A DNA stretch of 64,000 nucleotides from Chrysomallon squamiferum. Lineage: Eukaryota > Animalia > Mollusca. How positions within the stretch are numbered: position 1 is the stretch's first letter; each line of letters starts with the position of its first letter. Below are positions 24,363 to 43,750 of the stretch, piece by piece. The position numbers and the translations under genes are program-made. The notes beneath the pieces were generated by a model that worked only from the letters and a program-made list of their open reading frames with translations, did not search any database and was not told where the DNA came from. Location: assembly GCA_012295275.1 (NCBI GenBank), contig CM022666.1, forward strand, positions 7,874,001 through 7,938,000, read 5' to 3'.

Positions 24363-25437
24363 TGATTTAAAAAGGAATAAATCATTACTTTAAACAGAAA
24401 ACTGTAAAATATTCATTTAATATTCGTAAATAATATGTTTAAAAAATATATAACAATAAAAAAAAAATAATAATAATAACAAAATTAATAATACTACCAC
24501 TACTACTACTACTACTAATAATAAAACATGTTATAAATAAAACCTAATGACACTAATGTACAGTGAGTATTGTAATTATAATGTTTAAACATGAATTTAA
24601 CAATCTTTGTTATGGGAAAGGGTCTGGTGGATATTTTACCCACAATACACTTCACTTCAGTCTTTGACTTACTCGAGATAAAACTTTCCTTTATGCTCCT
24701 CGTAAAACTTATAAGCTTCATTTCTGTCAATCACACAGGACTTCAGCTTTGTTATCATCAATCCCTTCTGGATAATTTCATCAATTATGGATCCTATTTT
24801 GCATGTTGCATCAGGTTTTATTAGTGCAAAAGTCCTTAAAAAAAACAAAAATAAATAATAATAATAATAATGTTCTGTAAATAAATAAATGAGTTTAAGT
24901 TCAACAAATATATAAATGTGCCAATTCTCTATGATGTTATCTAAAGTATATTTTGTTTTTGTTTTTTTGTTTAACAAAATTTTCTAATTCTGACCCTAAC
25001 CTTAGAAAACACAATTAATTTGTCCTTGAAACTCTTCCCCCACTTACTTCTCTTTTTTTCCTGTGAGGTGATTTCTTGTGAACTCGTCTCCGTATGACTT
25101 GATTGTGATCTGGCGACCGAGAATGTTGTGTGTGCTTCCAATGAACAGGTCCGACAGGTGAACGGCATTTGGCGTATCTTTTAAACAGGTTTTCAAGAAA
25201 GGCTTTCGTGTTTTCAGATCATACTGAAATAAATAAATAAAATAAATAAGTACAAAATAAGTAAAAAAAATCAAGTAATAATAATAATAAATATGTAAAT
25301 AAATAAATATGCAAATAAAAAAATAAATACATAAACAAATAAGTAACAACATAAATAAATAAATAAATAAAAACTGTCAAAGATAAATGACAACATTTCA
25401 ATGTCTCAAATCTACCCAAAATGTATAAAGTAAACTT

Positions 25438-25499
<62 letters not shown>

Positions 25500-25826
25500 A
25501 AGCTTATTTTTCAGAGACAGCAAAACATCTTCCTGTAAAAAAAAATACATTGTACAATCACAGTGTAGATGTAACAGGTTAATTAATATAAAATTTGTCT
25601 AAATGTAATATTTCTCAAATACAAGAAATAACCAGCTATTACCATTTCAATGGACTCTGATTTTGGAAAGTAAATTAGCAGAAACTGTCGAATTCTGGCT
25701 GCCACTTCTTCGTACCATTCCACCTCAAAGCAATACCTTTCATCATCTTCTGCCTGTTCAAAATAAAACGTTAAATTCGTGACTTTACTTGGTACAAAAT
25801 TATGCATCTCAGTGATGAAAAAGAAG

Positions 25827-25889
<63 letters not shown>

Positions 25890-26046
25890 GGGTAAATTAC
25901 TATTTCCACACACACACCACACACACACATGCATATGATCACTTTGTTATATTAAATTATTAAACTATAGACACTATGGTAACACCGATAAGATTTGCAT
26001 TACAAAAGAAGAAGAAGAAGAAGAAGAAGAAGAAGAAGAAGAAGAA

Positions 26047-26079
<33 letters not shown>

Positions 26080-26381
26080 ACACATTACTGAAGAAAAGTA
26101 TTAAAAATAAATACAACCCGATGTTATAATATTACATATTGTTTTACAATTTCATACAAATATTATCATAACTATTAAACAGAGCTGAATAACAGCATAC
26201 TAATTACGTTTACTATGTCCATGATATGAACATTCATGACTTTTTCCACTGCCAATTTAATTATACAGTCTGTTCTGTAAAATGCAATTTCTGGCTGTAA
26301 TACTGAGACAATATATAAAATGATTGGTTAACAAATAACAGTACAACACTTTTTTTTTTTTTTTTTTTTTACTCTTACCAT
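20519..26381 (-). CDS. NME7: Nucleoside diphosphate kinase 7 (DM10 + two NDK domains). Exons in transcript order: 26381-26379 (ATG only), 25753-25643, 25223-25048, 24834-24673, 24130-23976, 22959-22805 (one base short), 22012-21777, 21254-21147, 20554-20519.
   Basis: Spliced translation gives ERYCFEVEWY..RQFLLIYFP..SIEMYDLK (DM10), TFALIKPDA, ITSGPVIAMEL, RNAVHG, TCGVIKPHAV, AEEFYEVYKGV, EIARHLRPRTLRAIFG..KIKNALHCTDLPEDGLLEVEYFFKILDQC*. All borders are GT/AG. Confidence 0.95.
23600..23820. repeat. Degenerate tandem repeat, about 3 copies of roughly 90 bp, in an NME7 intron
   Basis: AACAGTTTTAGA near 23608, 23702 and 23787; AAAGACAGATGTA near 23677 and 23763. Confidence 0.7.
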
Positions 26382-26772
26382 TGCTAATAGTGTTCCGCGA
26401 CGAAAACTTAAGTTTTACGCAAACGAACTGGAAAGAACAAACTGTTGTAGCAACAACGCTTGCCTACTACTTATAAAAGCTTGAAAGCTATTGGTTAAAC
26501 CGTAGAAGGAAGTAACCAGAACTTACAGTACACATTACAAAATTATCATTTTTGGTAATAATCTGTCGTAATAATTAGGTATCGTTGACAAATATTTTAT
26601 AATAGATTTTAAGATTCATTATTAAATTATATTCAACGTCGTCAATAACATGTAACTTATTGTTCCGTTTATTAAAGATATGAAAGCTGTCAATCACTTC
26701 TGGTATTCAGGTCAAAGGTGGCGCGAAATATTTTAATACTAATAGTTTTTCATCACGGCGAGGTATATAAAG
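26382..26772. promoter_or_regulatory. Bidirectional promoter region of NME7 (-) and DNPH1 (+), including a probable non-coding first exon of DNPH1 ending at AAG|GTAAGT (about 26771)
   Basis: Head-to-head genes, with local CpG retention in an otherwise CpG-poor domain. X-box-like GTTGTAGCAAC at 26444-26454, ATTGG (CCAAT) near 26490 and an ETS-like GGAAGT near 26508. Confidence 0.65.
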
Positions 26773-27038
26773 GTAAGTACATACAATTGCAAAATTTTGA
26801 GAAATTAATGCGTGAAGAAGTTTAAAATTACATGTAATCATGTGACATTTTAGTGATGGTGTAGTAGTAAGGGTATAATCCTGGTTTTTGCACAACCTTC
26901 CATCAAATCAGTGCATTACACGCCATTTGTTATTTGATATTGACAGGACATCACTTACCATAATTCTTTTTGAATACGTTAAAACATGTTAATATATGAT
27001 ATAATTTTTTGAAATCTTTGCTAATAATTGAGAATAAA

Positions 27039-27097
<59 letters not shown>

Positions 27098-27123
27098 GTT
27101 AAAATTGTTTCTCAGTTACAGGG

Positions 27124-29242
27124 ATGAATAAAAAGATATACTTCTGTGGAAGTATTTGTGGAGGCCAAGATGACATTGAGTTGTATCGAAGAATTATAAA
27201 AAAACTGGAAGAATATGGCAATGTTCTTACAAAGCACATCGCTTACTGTAATTCCCAAACTTGTAAGTTAGTGCATGTGTGTTTTCTTCATGTATATACA
27301 TCCTTTCAGTTAGATAATAACCTTCATATTTGACAGTTTTTTTTTCAAAGAACATTACTTACTCAAGTTTGTAATTTTTTTTTTTTTTTTTTTTTTTTTT
27401 AATGTCTTACATTGTAAAATTAGCAAAGACAGTTAGTTACTGAAGAACTTGAAAATTTAAAATAATTTAAAATGGCATCCTGCTTAATAAAAATTACAAA
27501 TATTCAACTACCACTACTACTACTACTACTGTTACCACTACTACTACTACTACTACTGCAACTACCACTACTACTACTGTTACCACTACCATGGCTTTAT
27601 TTTTCTGCTTCAGATGACTATGTCCAAGCTAAATCAATCCATGACCAGGACATGGCCTGGCTGGAAGAATCTGATGGTAGGTTTAAAAACATCTTTAAAA
27701 TGTTTTTAAATTTAAAAATAAACATTAAACAAACATTGCTGACACATATCGAGGAAGGAGTTTCTATCATAGTAAATTTAGTGAACCTTTGTAACCTTTT
27801 AACAGTTTGATAAAAATGGAAAAGGACTCAAAACCAGTATCATCTAACCCAGTGGTTCTCAAAGGGAACAGTCCATTGATTTGTATTTCATATAACAATA
27901 TTTTTGTACAAAATAGATGATGAATAAAGGTATATACTCAAACAAGGGCGGTAACTCTAAATATCTCAGTGAACATCTCTCACACAAGGCGATAACTCTA
28001 AATATATCAGTGAACATCTCACACAAGGGCTGTAACTAAATATATCAGTGAACATCTCTCACACAAAGGCAGTAACTTTAAATATATCAGTGAACATCTC
28101 TCACACAAGGGCAGTAACTCTATATCAGTGAACATCTCTCACACAAGGGCGGTAACTAAATATACCAGTGAACATCTTTCACACAAGGGCAGTAATTCTA
28201 AATATATCCAGTGAATATCTCACACACAAGGGCAGTAATTCTAAATATATGTGGTAACTCTAAATATATCAGTGAATATCTCTCACACAAGGGCAGTAAC
28301 TATAAATATATCAGTGAACATCTCTCACACAAGCAGTAACTAAATATATGTGGTAACTCTAAATATATCAGTGAATATCTCATGCAAGGCCAGTAATTCT
28401 AAATATATGTGGTAACTCTAAATATATCAGTGAATATCTCTCACACAAGGGCAGTAACTTTAAATATATCAATGAACATCTCTCACACAAGGGCGGTAAT
28501 TCTAAATATATCAGTGAACATCTCTCACACAAGGGCAGTAATTCTAAATATATCAGTGAACATCTCTCACAGAAGAGAAAACAAACGGTACAGATTCCAG
28601 ACGAGAACCATTTTTATGCAAAATGATGAAGACAATGCAGCCTGTTCTGCAACCAATTCATCTGCAATATCCTTCTTTCAGTTGTTTCTGTGTTTTAGTT
28701 TTTCATTTTGGATTATATTTTGTGTGTAGTGTGCCTGCAATTTTTTGTAAGGCTTCAAGTGTGCCCCGACTTCAAAAAGTTTGAGATCTAACCCATAGAA
28801 TATTATTTGTTTATTTATTTATTTATTTCATTTCATTTTTGTATTTTTTGAGATAATATAATGCTGATGTTGCTAAAGTATATTAAAGAAAAACTATTTT
28901 TAAAAACGTTAAAGGTAATACTGACAAAGTATTTCATGTATATAATTCATTTTTACTGAAATATATTAGACCAGTGGTTGCTGAAGTAACATCAGTACCC
29001 TTGGAGACCAAAGGCATTTTTGGGAAAATTATAAAAATAATTAATTTGCTGTTGCTTGTCTTTTTCAGTCAGTGTACATTGTAAATCAGAATTCTTTTAC
29101 TGTCATAAAACTCTAATAGGGATGACTCTAAAATGTTTTGGAACCACTAGATTAGGTCATTCAGTTACAAATTTAAATTTTTTATTACCTTCCATCACAG
29201 TATAATTAAAATACAGTTTTTAATTTATTTATTAGGGGATAA

Positions 29243-29284
<42 letters not shown>

Positions 29285-29285
29285 A

Positions 29286-29328
<43 letters not shown>

Positions 29329-30044
29329 ACATTTTTATATCAAGGACTTGTAGTTTATCCACTAAATTAAAAAGTGAGTTCTAGTTACATTGTGGTGGAA
29401 GTATATAAAAAATAAAATCTATCTATCTATATATTTGTATACTGCAGTTGTGATAGTCGAGGCTACAACTCCATCTCTAGGTGTTGGCTATGAGGTTGGC
29501 AGAGCTGTGGTGATGAATAAACAAATACTCATTCTGTTCCGTCCAGATTCAGGAAGACGTAAGTATAATTTACACAGTTGCCATGGTAATAACTTGTTAC
29601 CTATGTAAATAAATGGCTACCAAGGAATACACCATTTCAAAAATTCTGGTTTAGTTTAGTTTATGACTGATTTGAATTTTTATGATTCTTTTGATAAGGA
29701 TATGGATATTATAAAATAATTATAAAGATTAATTTATGTAAATGCATCAGTTATCTGTGTTCAGTATTTAGATGGATATGTTTATGATTAATCAGACATG
29801 CATGTGGTCTGTGTGTTTGTGTGTGTGTTTGTTATGTTGTAATTACTAAGACCATTGTTCCACTTCAACAATCATATACACAGATGGGTACATACAGGAA
29901 CAGTTCTAACGATTAAACATTAACAAGTGCTTTTATTTCAGAAATGGAGATAAAATAATAAAAGATTATTCATGCATCTACTTTATGAAACCTTCATACA
30001 AACGTGCCTCCTGATTAACAATTTTTGCAGTTTAATGAGTAATG

Positions 30045-30089
<45 letters not shown>

Positions 30090-30574
30090 TAATAGTAATA
30101 ATATTAATAATAATAATAGTAATAATAATAATAATATAATAATAATAGTAATGATAGTGATAATAATAATAAATTAAAACATTAAATAAATATCAAAAAG
30201 TGTTGTTGAAAATGTAAGTGCTTAAACATATGAGCTCTGTATACTGATATAAAATTGATATATTAAAATCTGTAAACTGTACAATAGTTTCAAAAGAAGA
30301 ATGAAGAACTGAATTCTGGTAGTTAAAGTGAAATTAATATAAAAGAGTTGTATTAATAAAGTAAAATATAAATGAAATGTTATTTTTAATTTACTTTTAA
30401 ATAACAACAAATGTAGAAAACAAAGTAATCAAGTAATCAAGATCGAAATATTTAATTTAATAGAAAACATTAATTATAACAAAATAATGCAATTAGCAGT
30501 CCTGCATTAATATATAATCTTAACTGTACATATTATATTTTATAAATTACAAAATAAAAAATCCTTTTTTCTTC

Positions 30575-30606
<32 letters not shown>

Positions 30607-30739
30607 TTTCTTTTTTTTTTTCTTTACAGATTTGTCAGCCATGTTGGCAGGTTGTGTGAACGGCACATCAATTACATTAAAGCACTACAAAGAATCCGAT
30701 CTACCAGACATTTTTAAAAATCTCTTTGAATCATTATGA
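27124..30739 (+). CDS. DNPH1: 2'-deoxynucleoside 5'-phosphate N-hydrolase 1 (Rcl) homologue, divergent. Exons: 27124-27262, 27614-27676, 29448-29558, 30630-30739.
   Basis: KIYFCGSICGG..LY..II..L..YG.VLTKH, IHDQDMAWLEESDVVIVEATTPSLGVGYEVGRA...KQILILFRP, LSAML.G. Phases are consistent; TGA at 30737-30739. Confidence 0.92.
27850..28785. mobile_element. Non-autonomous hAT (Charlie/MER5-like) element in DNPH1 intron 2
   Basis: Left TIR CAGTGGTTCTCAAA; the right end AAAAAGTTTGAG lacks the last 8 nt. Perfect 8-bp target-site duplication ATCTAACC at 27842-27849 and 28786-28793. Confidence 0.7.
27941..28571. repeat. Minisatellite with an approximately 40-bp unit (CACAAGGGCAGTAACTCTAAATATATCAGTGAACATCTCTCA), about 14-15 copies, inside the hAT element
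   Basis: Directly visible tandem repeat with indel variants. Confidence 0.93.
28972..29149. mobile_element. Second, older hAT-like MITE
   Basis: Ends CAGTGGTT.../...GAACCACTA, with flanks TATTAGAC and GATTAGGT as a degenerate 8-bp TSD. Confidence 0.45.
29577..29630. promoter_or_regulatory. Cluster of RFX X-box-like motifs in DNPH1 intron 3
   Basis: GTTGCCATGGTAAT (near perfect), followed by the weaker GTTACCTATGTAAAT and GCTACCAAGGAATAC within 55 bp. Confidence 0.45.
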
Positions 30740-31834
30740 TCACAATATTAGAACTTCTAGTCAGTTTGCTGAGAAAATGGCTGGCTTACAACTGCCATGG
30801 CTTGTAACTCCAATATATACATATTTAAAAAAATTATTTTTGATATATAGTTGATATTATAAGGTAATTTAATGGAAGTAAATTGAATTTTTTCTGCAAT
30901 GTAAGCATTTTTTTTTTAATTTAAAAAAAAAGATATGGCTAGCTAATAGCACCTGTGGCTTGAAACATTGTATTCTATTTTTAATAATTATTTTAGATAT
31001 ATTTATGGAAATAAATTTAATTTTGATTGTAATTTAAGAAGTTTTCATGGAAATGGATAGATATTAATATTTATGAATTTTGAAAAAATTTACATTTCAG
31101 AAACAATTTTATATATTATGAAGGTGTGAAAAGTTCACATGGAGTTGATGCATGTTAAATTGAGTTGATACTAAATGCAGTCACAGGAGAGGAGAAAAAT
31201 GGAAAATTCTTGTGGATTTCGACGGACCAAAGTTAAGAATTAATTTCAAGATATTCTTGGATGAAAATAAATGTAAAAATATTGTCCAAATATCCAGCAT
31301 ATATATATATATATATTTGTAAACAGTAAAAAAAAAAAAAAAAAAATAATAATAATATCCATTGAATAACAATAATGGTTTTGTCCTTTTTTTAAAATAT
31401 AATTTTTGAAAGACTACTCTGAAATTCATTTACAGATTATTCATAGGAGCATTGGTTCTTAAAAATTATAAAACATCCAACATTTCAAAAGTGCCAAATT
31501 TCAGGAAAATGTCAGTGAAATAAAAGCCGAGTTGGGTTGTTTGCACCAGTGTTTAGTCAGAACCAGGTGACAGCTGCACTGTATGTGAGGGGTAAACACA
31601 TCAACAATAGTGATTTATTTTTGATGCTCTGAATCACAGTCTGACAGTTTGGTGTGTATATATATATATATTCAGTCTTTCAGTGGTCCATAAAATTGTA
31701 TCCTTTAAAGTTGATGTATGTTTCTGTTTTGTTTGGGAACCATGTAATGGATAAAAAAGATGATTGGATCAGTGATCTTGTGGATTATTTCACCTGCAAT
31801 CAGAATTCCACAACTTTTTATCTTTTTTTTTTTC

Positions 31835-31965
31835 CACCTATGAGTAGGTTCATATACAAAAAAAATGCCTTGCTGCTTATAAAGGAAAAAATGTAGCCCA
31901 ACAATGGAAGTCCTAGTATTTTAATTTCCCTGTATCAGATATGTATAAAACTGAAACTATTTACT
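31835..31965 (+). mobile_element. Degenerate SINE-like interspersed repeat fragment
   Basis: CATATA..AAA..CCTTGCTGCTTAT core, shared with 32730-32830 and, in reverse complement, with about 42017-42040 and 53100-53127. Confidence 0.45.
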
Positions 31966-32724
31966 GATCTAAAATTGTATCAGTAGAGAATTTTTCCAGA
32001 TCAATGTCCTTGTTAGGGGTAACTTTGTAACAGTCTGAAGCATTGATTCATGCAGTGGGACCTCGGGTTAGGAGCACCTCAAAGCACGAACAAATCAGAT
32101 TACGAACCATGATCTTGGGCAATTTTTATCTCAGTTTACGAATAATGTCCCAAATTATGAATTACACTGACATTCAACAACAAGCTTTCTTTTGTTGTTG
32201 GTTTTGATGTCAACATCTAGTAAAGATAAGAATAAATAGCTGTGTCAAAACTGAGGTCAAAGTAAGGATTATAGGCATACCCTATAGCAAATATGTATCA
32301 TGAATTTGGGCCTTTAGTCTTTGATATGCAGCAATAGCTCGATAACTTTTGCATTGTATAAACATATCACAGTAGAGGTTAAGAAAGAAATAACTGCAAA
32401 ACATGAGAAAGGTGTTCGTGTGTCTGACATCAGTTCAATAACCTGAGGCTTCACTATAGTTGTATGCTGCATAGTATACCTTGTAATAGTAGGAGAGCCC
32501 AGAAATAAAATACTAATGCATTCACTTTTGGATAACAACATAAAACAGTGGTTAAATATTTAATTAAAAGGATCATGGGATTGTTTTATGCTGTAATTCA
32601 TACTACAATGTTCTCTTTAGTTCTAGATTTTTTAATTTTTAAAATTATTATTTTATTTATTTATTTATTTATTTATTTTTATTTTTATTTTTTTTTTTTT
32701 TTTTTGAGGGGAGGGGCATGTAGG

Positions 32725-32830
32725 GGTAGGTGCATATAAAAGATTCCTTTCTGCTAACTGGTAATTTTTTAATGAGTTTCCTCTCTTGAATATTATTCTG
32801 TTTAAAATATGTGATACATAATAACCCTAA
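32725..32830 (+). mobile_element. Degenerate SINE-like interspersed repeat fragment
   Basis: GTGCATATAAAAGATTCCTTTCTGCTAACTG is nearly the reverse complement of AGTTAGCAACAGAGAATCTTTTATATG at 53100-53126. Confidence 0.5.
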
Positions 32831-34307
32831 ATATTATAATATTTCTTTATTTCATCATTTCTTAATTCATTAATAACTATCTTTGAGAAATGTCATTATT
32901 TTTTTATTTATTTAATAACTGAGGTATATAATTTATTTATTCTTTATTTATTCATTGATTCACTAATAACAGAAATTCACCATTCATTCATTCATTCCAA
33001 GATGTTTTAATTTTAATAAAGGAAGAGATAATATATTCTAAACAACTGATTACAAACAACAGTTAAATTAATACAGTGCTTTTAATATTTCATTAACATA
33101 ACAGGAATTACAAAATAGAAACAGGAGATAAAGATTTCCCCAAAGGCTTTGGTTTTGGAATAATACATTAGATGTTATAATACAATATCACAGTAGTTTG
33201 TATATGGAAATTAAAAATATATATTCTATTCTACAAATGCGATATAATGCACTTATGCATAAGAAATCAGCCAACCGAAACCTTTAAGCAAACATACCTT
33301 CAAAATTAACGCATTTTAAAAAGAAATAACAATAATAATAAATTAAAACATTAAACAAATATTTTTTAAATGTTTCTAAGAATGTAAATGCTTAAATAAA
33401 TGAGCTCTGCACATGAACATAAATAAAAAAATATATTAAAAAATATAATGTACATGTAATGTAACAACAGTGCATTAACTTGCAGTTACTTACAGAAGTA
33501 TATCTATTGTGTATTTACACATGCATACCTATATACAAACTCCCACACACAAATATACAACACCCACATACATATGTACCTCGACTCAAATGAACATACA
33601 TACAGTTTACAAATATCCTTCATCAAAACAGCTATTCTCCATTTGCCAAGACTATACCTTAAACTACAAAGGTTTGAAGGTTATAAATATTTAACAGAAA
33701 TTGAGTATTTCAATATTAAAAAAAATAGTAGTAATAAAATACATACAGTGAAATATGGAGAAATTTAAAATAATTTTAAGGCTAATAAGATTTTAGATAG
33801 CACTAAATTAGGAACTGAATGACTAGGATATATTTAAACAGATACTGACAAACAAAGAAAATGGGGCTCTTTGGGTGAAAGTTAGATTTAATAGATACAA
33901 AAACCAATGAACGTTGAGCTAAAATTTATCAAAGTAAACTAATCTAAGTTTTTTAATAAACTGTTTTCATGATTATAATTTAAAATTAATCATAAAAACA
34001 TTATGTGAAAATATTTAAAAAGATGATTAAAGAATAAAAAACAAATATTTTTCAAAACCAGAAATATATAAAAACTATGTAAGTAATCAAAATTAGTAAA
34101 AATGCTTCTGATCTAAACTGTTGAAAAAACATTTCATAATAATAATAATAATTTAAAAACATTACATCAAGTCAAATAGTTTTCACTTTCTGAATGACTG
34201 AATCTGTTTTTAAATTAATTCCTTTTAAAGCCATTTTCACTTTCAGCAAACATTTTAGGAAACCTGACATACACCAAGGCTTGAGTAGCCATCTTGAAAA
34301 AAAACTT

Positions 34308-41850
<7,543 letters not shown>

Positions 41851-41892
41851 CTGAAAAAAAAGCCAATAATAATAATAATAAGATGAAATAAA

Positions 41893-42090
41893 AAAGGAAT
41901 TAATGAAATTTGTTTAATGATGCCTCGGTGTATTTTAAAACTGACAGTCAAATAAATTTATATAAAAAAAAAATCAGAGAGAAGAAACCCATCACCACAA
42001 TGGACTGCTTTTATTAATTAGCAGCAAGTAACCTTTTATCTGTCTTCCAATGAACAGGAAATACTTCTGGATAAACTGTTCATGAAATAT
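41893..42090 (-). mobile_element. Degenerate SINE-like repeat in the first intron of the LRR gene
   Basis: ATTAGCAGCAAGTAACCTTTTATCTG core and GAAACCC..CACCAC, colinear with the copy at 52941-53206. Confidence 0.45.
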
Positions 42091-42120
42091 TGAAGTTATA
42101 TTTTATACTAATTAAGAAAC

Positions 42121-42379
42121 CATGGAGTACATTGAGGCAAATGAGGCAAATGCCTCAAATTGATGATTATTTTTTTTTTTTTTTTTTTTATACAAAGATT
42201 TTATTTAAAAAATATAAAATATAAATCTCTATTCTGATAAAAACAAGATCCACTGAATGAATTTGTTTATGTCTGCGGTTAGGGTTTGAAGTTTACTGAC
42301 ATCGTTGCGATGAAAGATATAACTGACTTCAAAGACATCAGTTTTGCCTCATTTCAAAAACAGTCTAGTTATGGCCATG
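42121..42379 (+). mobile_element. MITE copy 1 (CATGG...GGCCATG termini)
   Basis: Reverse-complement homologue of 42547-42823 along its length (GAGGCAAATGAGGCAAATGCCT, ATCCACTGAATGAATTT, GACATCGTTGC). Confidence 0.75.
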
Positions 42380-42546
42380 GAGTAGTAGCTGTGGTAGTAG
42401 TAGTAGTAGCAGCAGTAGTAAAAAGACTGTTGTTTCAGATGAAATAAAAAAGTTTTAACATGTACAGATCCTCAACTCGCTCCCCCCTCTCTATATCCCC
42501 TTCTCTTTTCCTCTCTTTCTCTGTCTCTCAACACATAAACACATTC

Positions 42547-42823
42547 CATGGCCAGAACTAAACTCTTTTTGAAAAGAGGCAAAAACACTTAATTGTCCTG
42601 CTCCACTTGGCCATGACTGCAACGATGTCGGTAGTCTTCAAATACTAACCATAGAAATAAAAATTCATTCAGTGGATATCTTTTCTAATGGATTTATATT
42701 TTATATTTTTTAAACAAAATCTTTGCATAAATAAAAATTAAAATTAAAAAATTAAAAAATAAAACATTGTCTATTTTGGTATTAGGCATTTGCCTCATTT
42801 GCCTCAGTGTAGTTACGGCCATG
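42547..42823 (-). mobile_element. MITE copy 2, inverted relative to copy 1
   Basis: TIRs CATGGCCAGAACTA / TAGTTACGGCCATG. No clear TSD. Confidence 0.75.
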
Positions 42824-42959
42824 CACTTGCATTGTCTGTATGTCTGTTTTGAAAAGCGCTTGAAATAAGTGAAAAAAAGTATGAACAAGCGAACGTTTTT
42901 TAAACTGAGTATGCTGAATAATTATTCTATTATTAGGTTGAATAAATTTTCTTTAAAGA

Positions 42960-43090
42960 CTGAGTACTTACGCATGCTTATTTGAAATCGGTGATTAAAC
43001 AAGCCATTCTTTTGCGATACTAACTTATTCCTTTATAAAATATCTCAGTCTAGCAACTTATCTCGTTCTTTTCTCGTTCTTTTCTCAGAT
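42960..43090 (-). promoter_or_regulatory. Probable non-coding first exon and promoter of the LRR gene
   Basis: Minus-strand donor GC|GTAAGTA near 42971. The ATG exon begins directly after an acceptor (TTTCAG|ATG at 41850). X-box-like GTCTAGCAAC at 43048-43057; CpGs reappear here. Confidence 0.45.
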
Positions 43091-43710
43091 ATTTATGTCA
43101 TACTTTTTTATTTGTTTATTTATTTATTTATAATTATTCTCTAAAACACTGAATTAAAATATATAAGCACGCGTTGACATCTATCCATTAAACGATATTA
43201 GTTGAAGTATAAACCCACACATTTAAAAAATATCTTATATTCGTCAAAGTTACCTATGAAATAATGCATAAATTAATTATCATATCAAAGAATTAAACTT
43301 TTACTTATTTAATATCGAAAATCCGAATTTATGTCTACCACGAAAATGGGTGAAAGCATAACACAATTATACAATTAAGTACGAAAGGATTTGTATTTTA
43401 AAATGTCAGTAAATATTTATCAAAAATAAATTGAAGATAAAGAATGGCAAACATAAAGAAAGGGTATAATTCCAAATGGAGCATTAAATAAGTAGAAATT
43501 AACGCACCTTTTTAAGTGTTTGTTTTCACTGTTGTTAGCTATAATGTTTGTAATTTCTTGTCTCTAAAGAACTCTGTCAAGGGAGATAACTACAAGACTT
43601 TTAAGCCAGGAGGGGAAGTAACTGGTTTTAATTTTGTCCAATATATCTGCCAAGCTTTGACAATCTCAAAATTAATATTACCAGTCACTTTTTTCAGCCA
43701 AAAAGTTTGG

Positions 43711-43750
<40 letters not shown>

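Noticed and set aside
28974-29006. Reads VVAEVTSVPLE, resembling DNPH1 VVAEVTQPSLG (possible duplicate exon)
   Set aside because: It coincides with the CAGTGGTT terminus of a hAT-like MITE, similarity ends at once, and the true exon is at 29448-29558.
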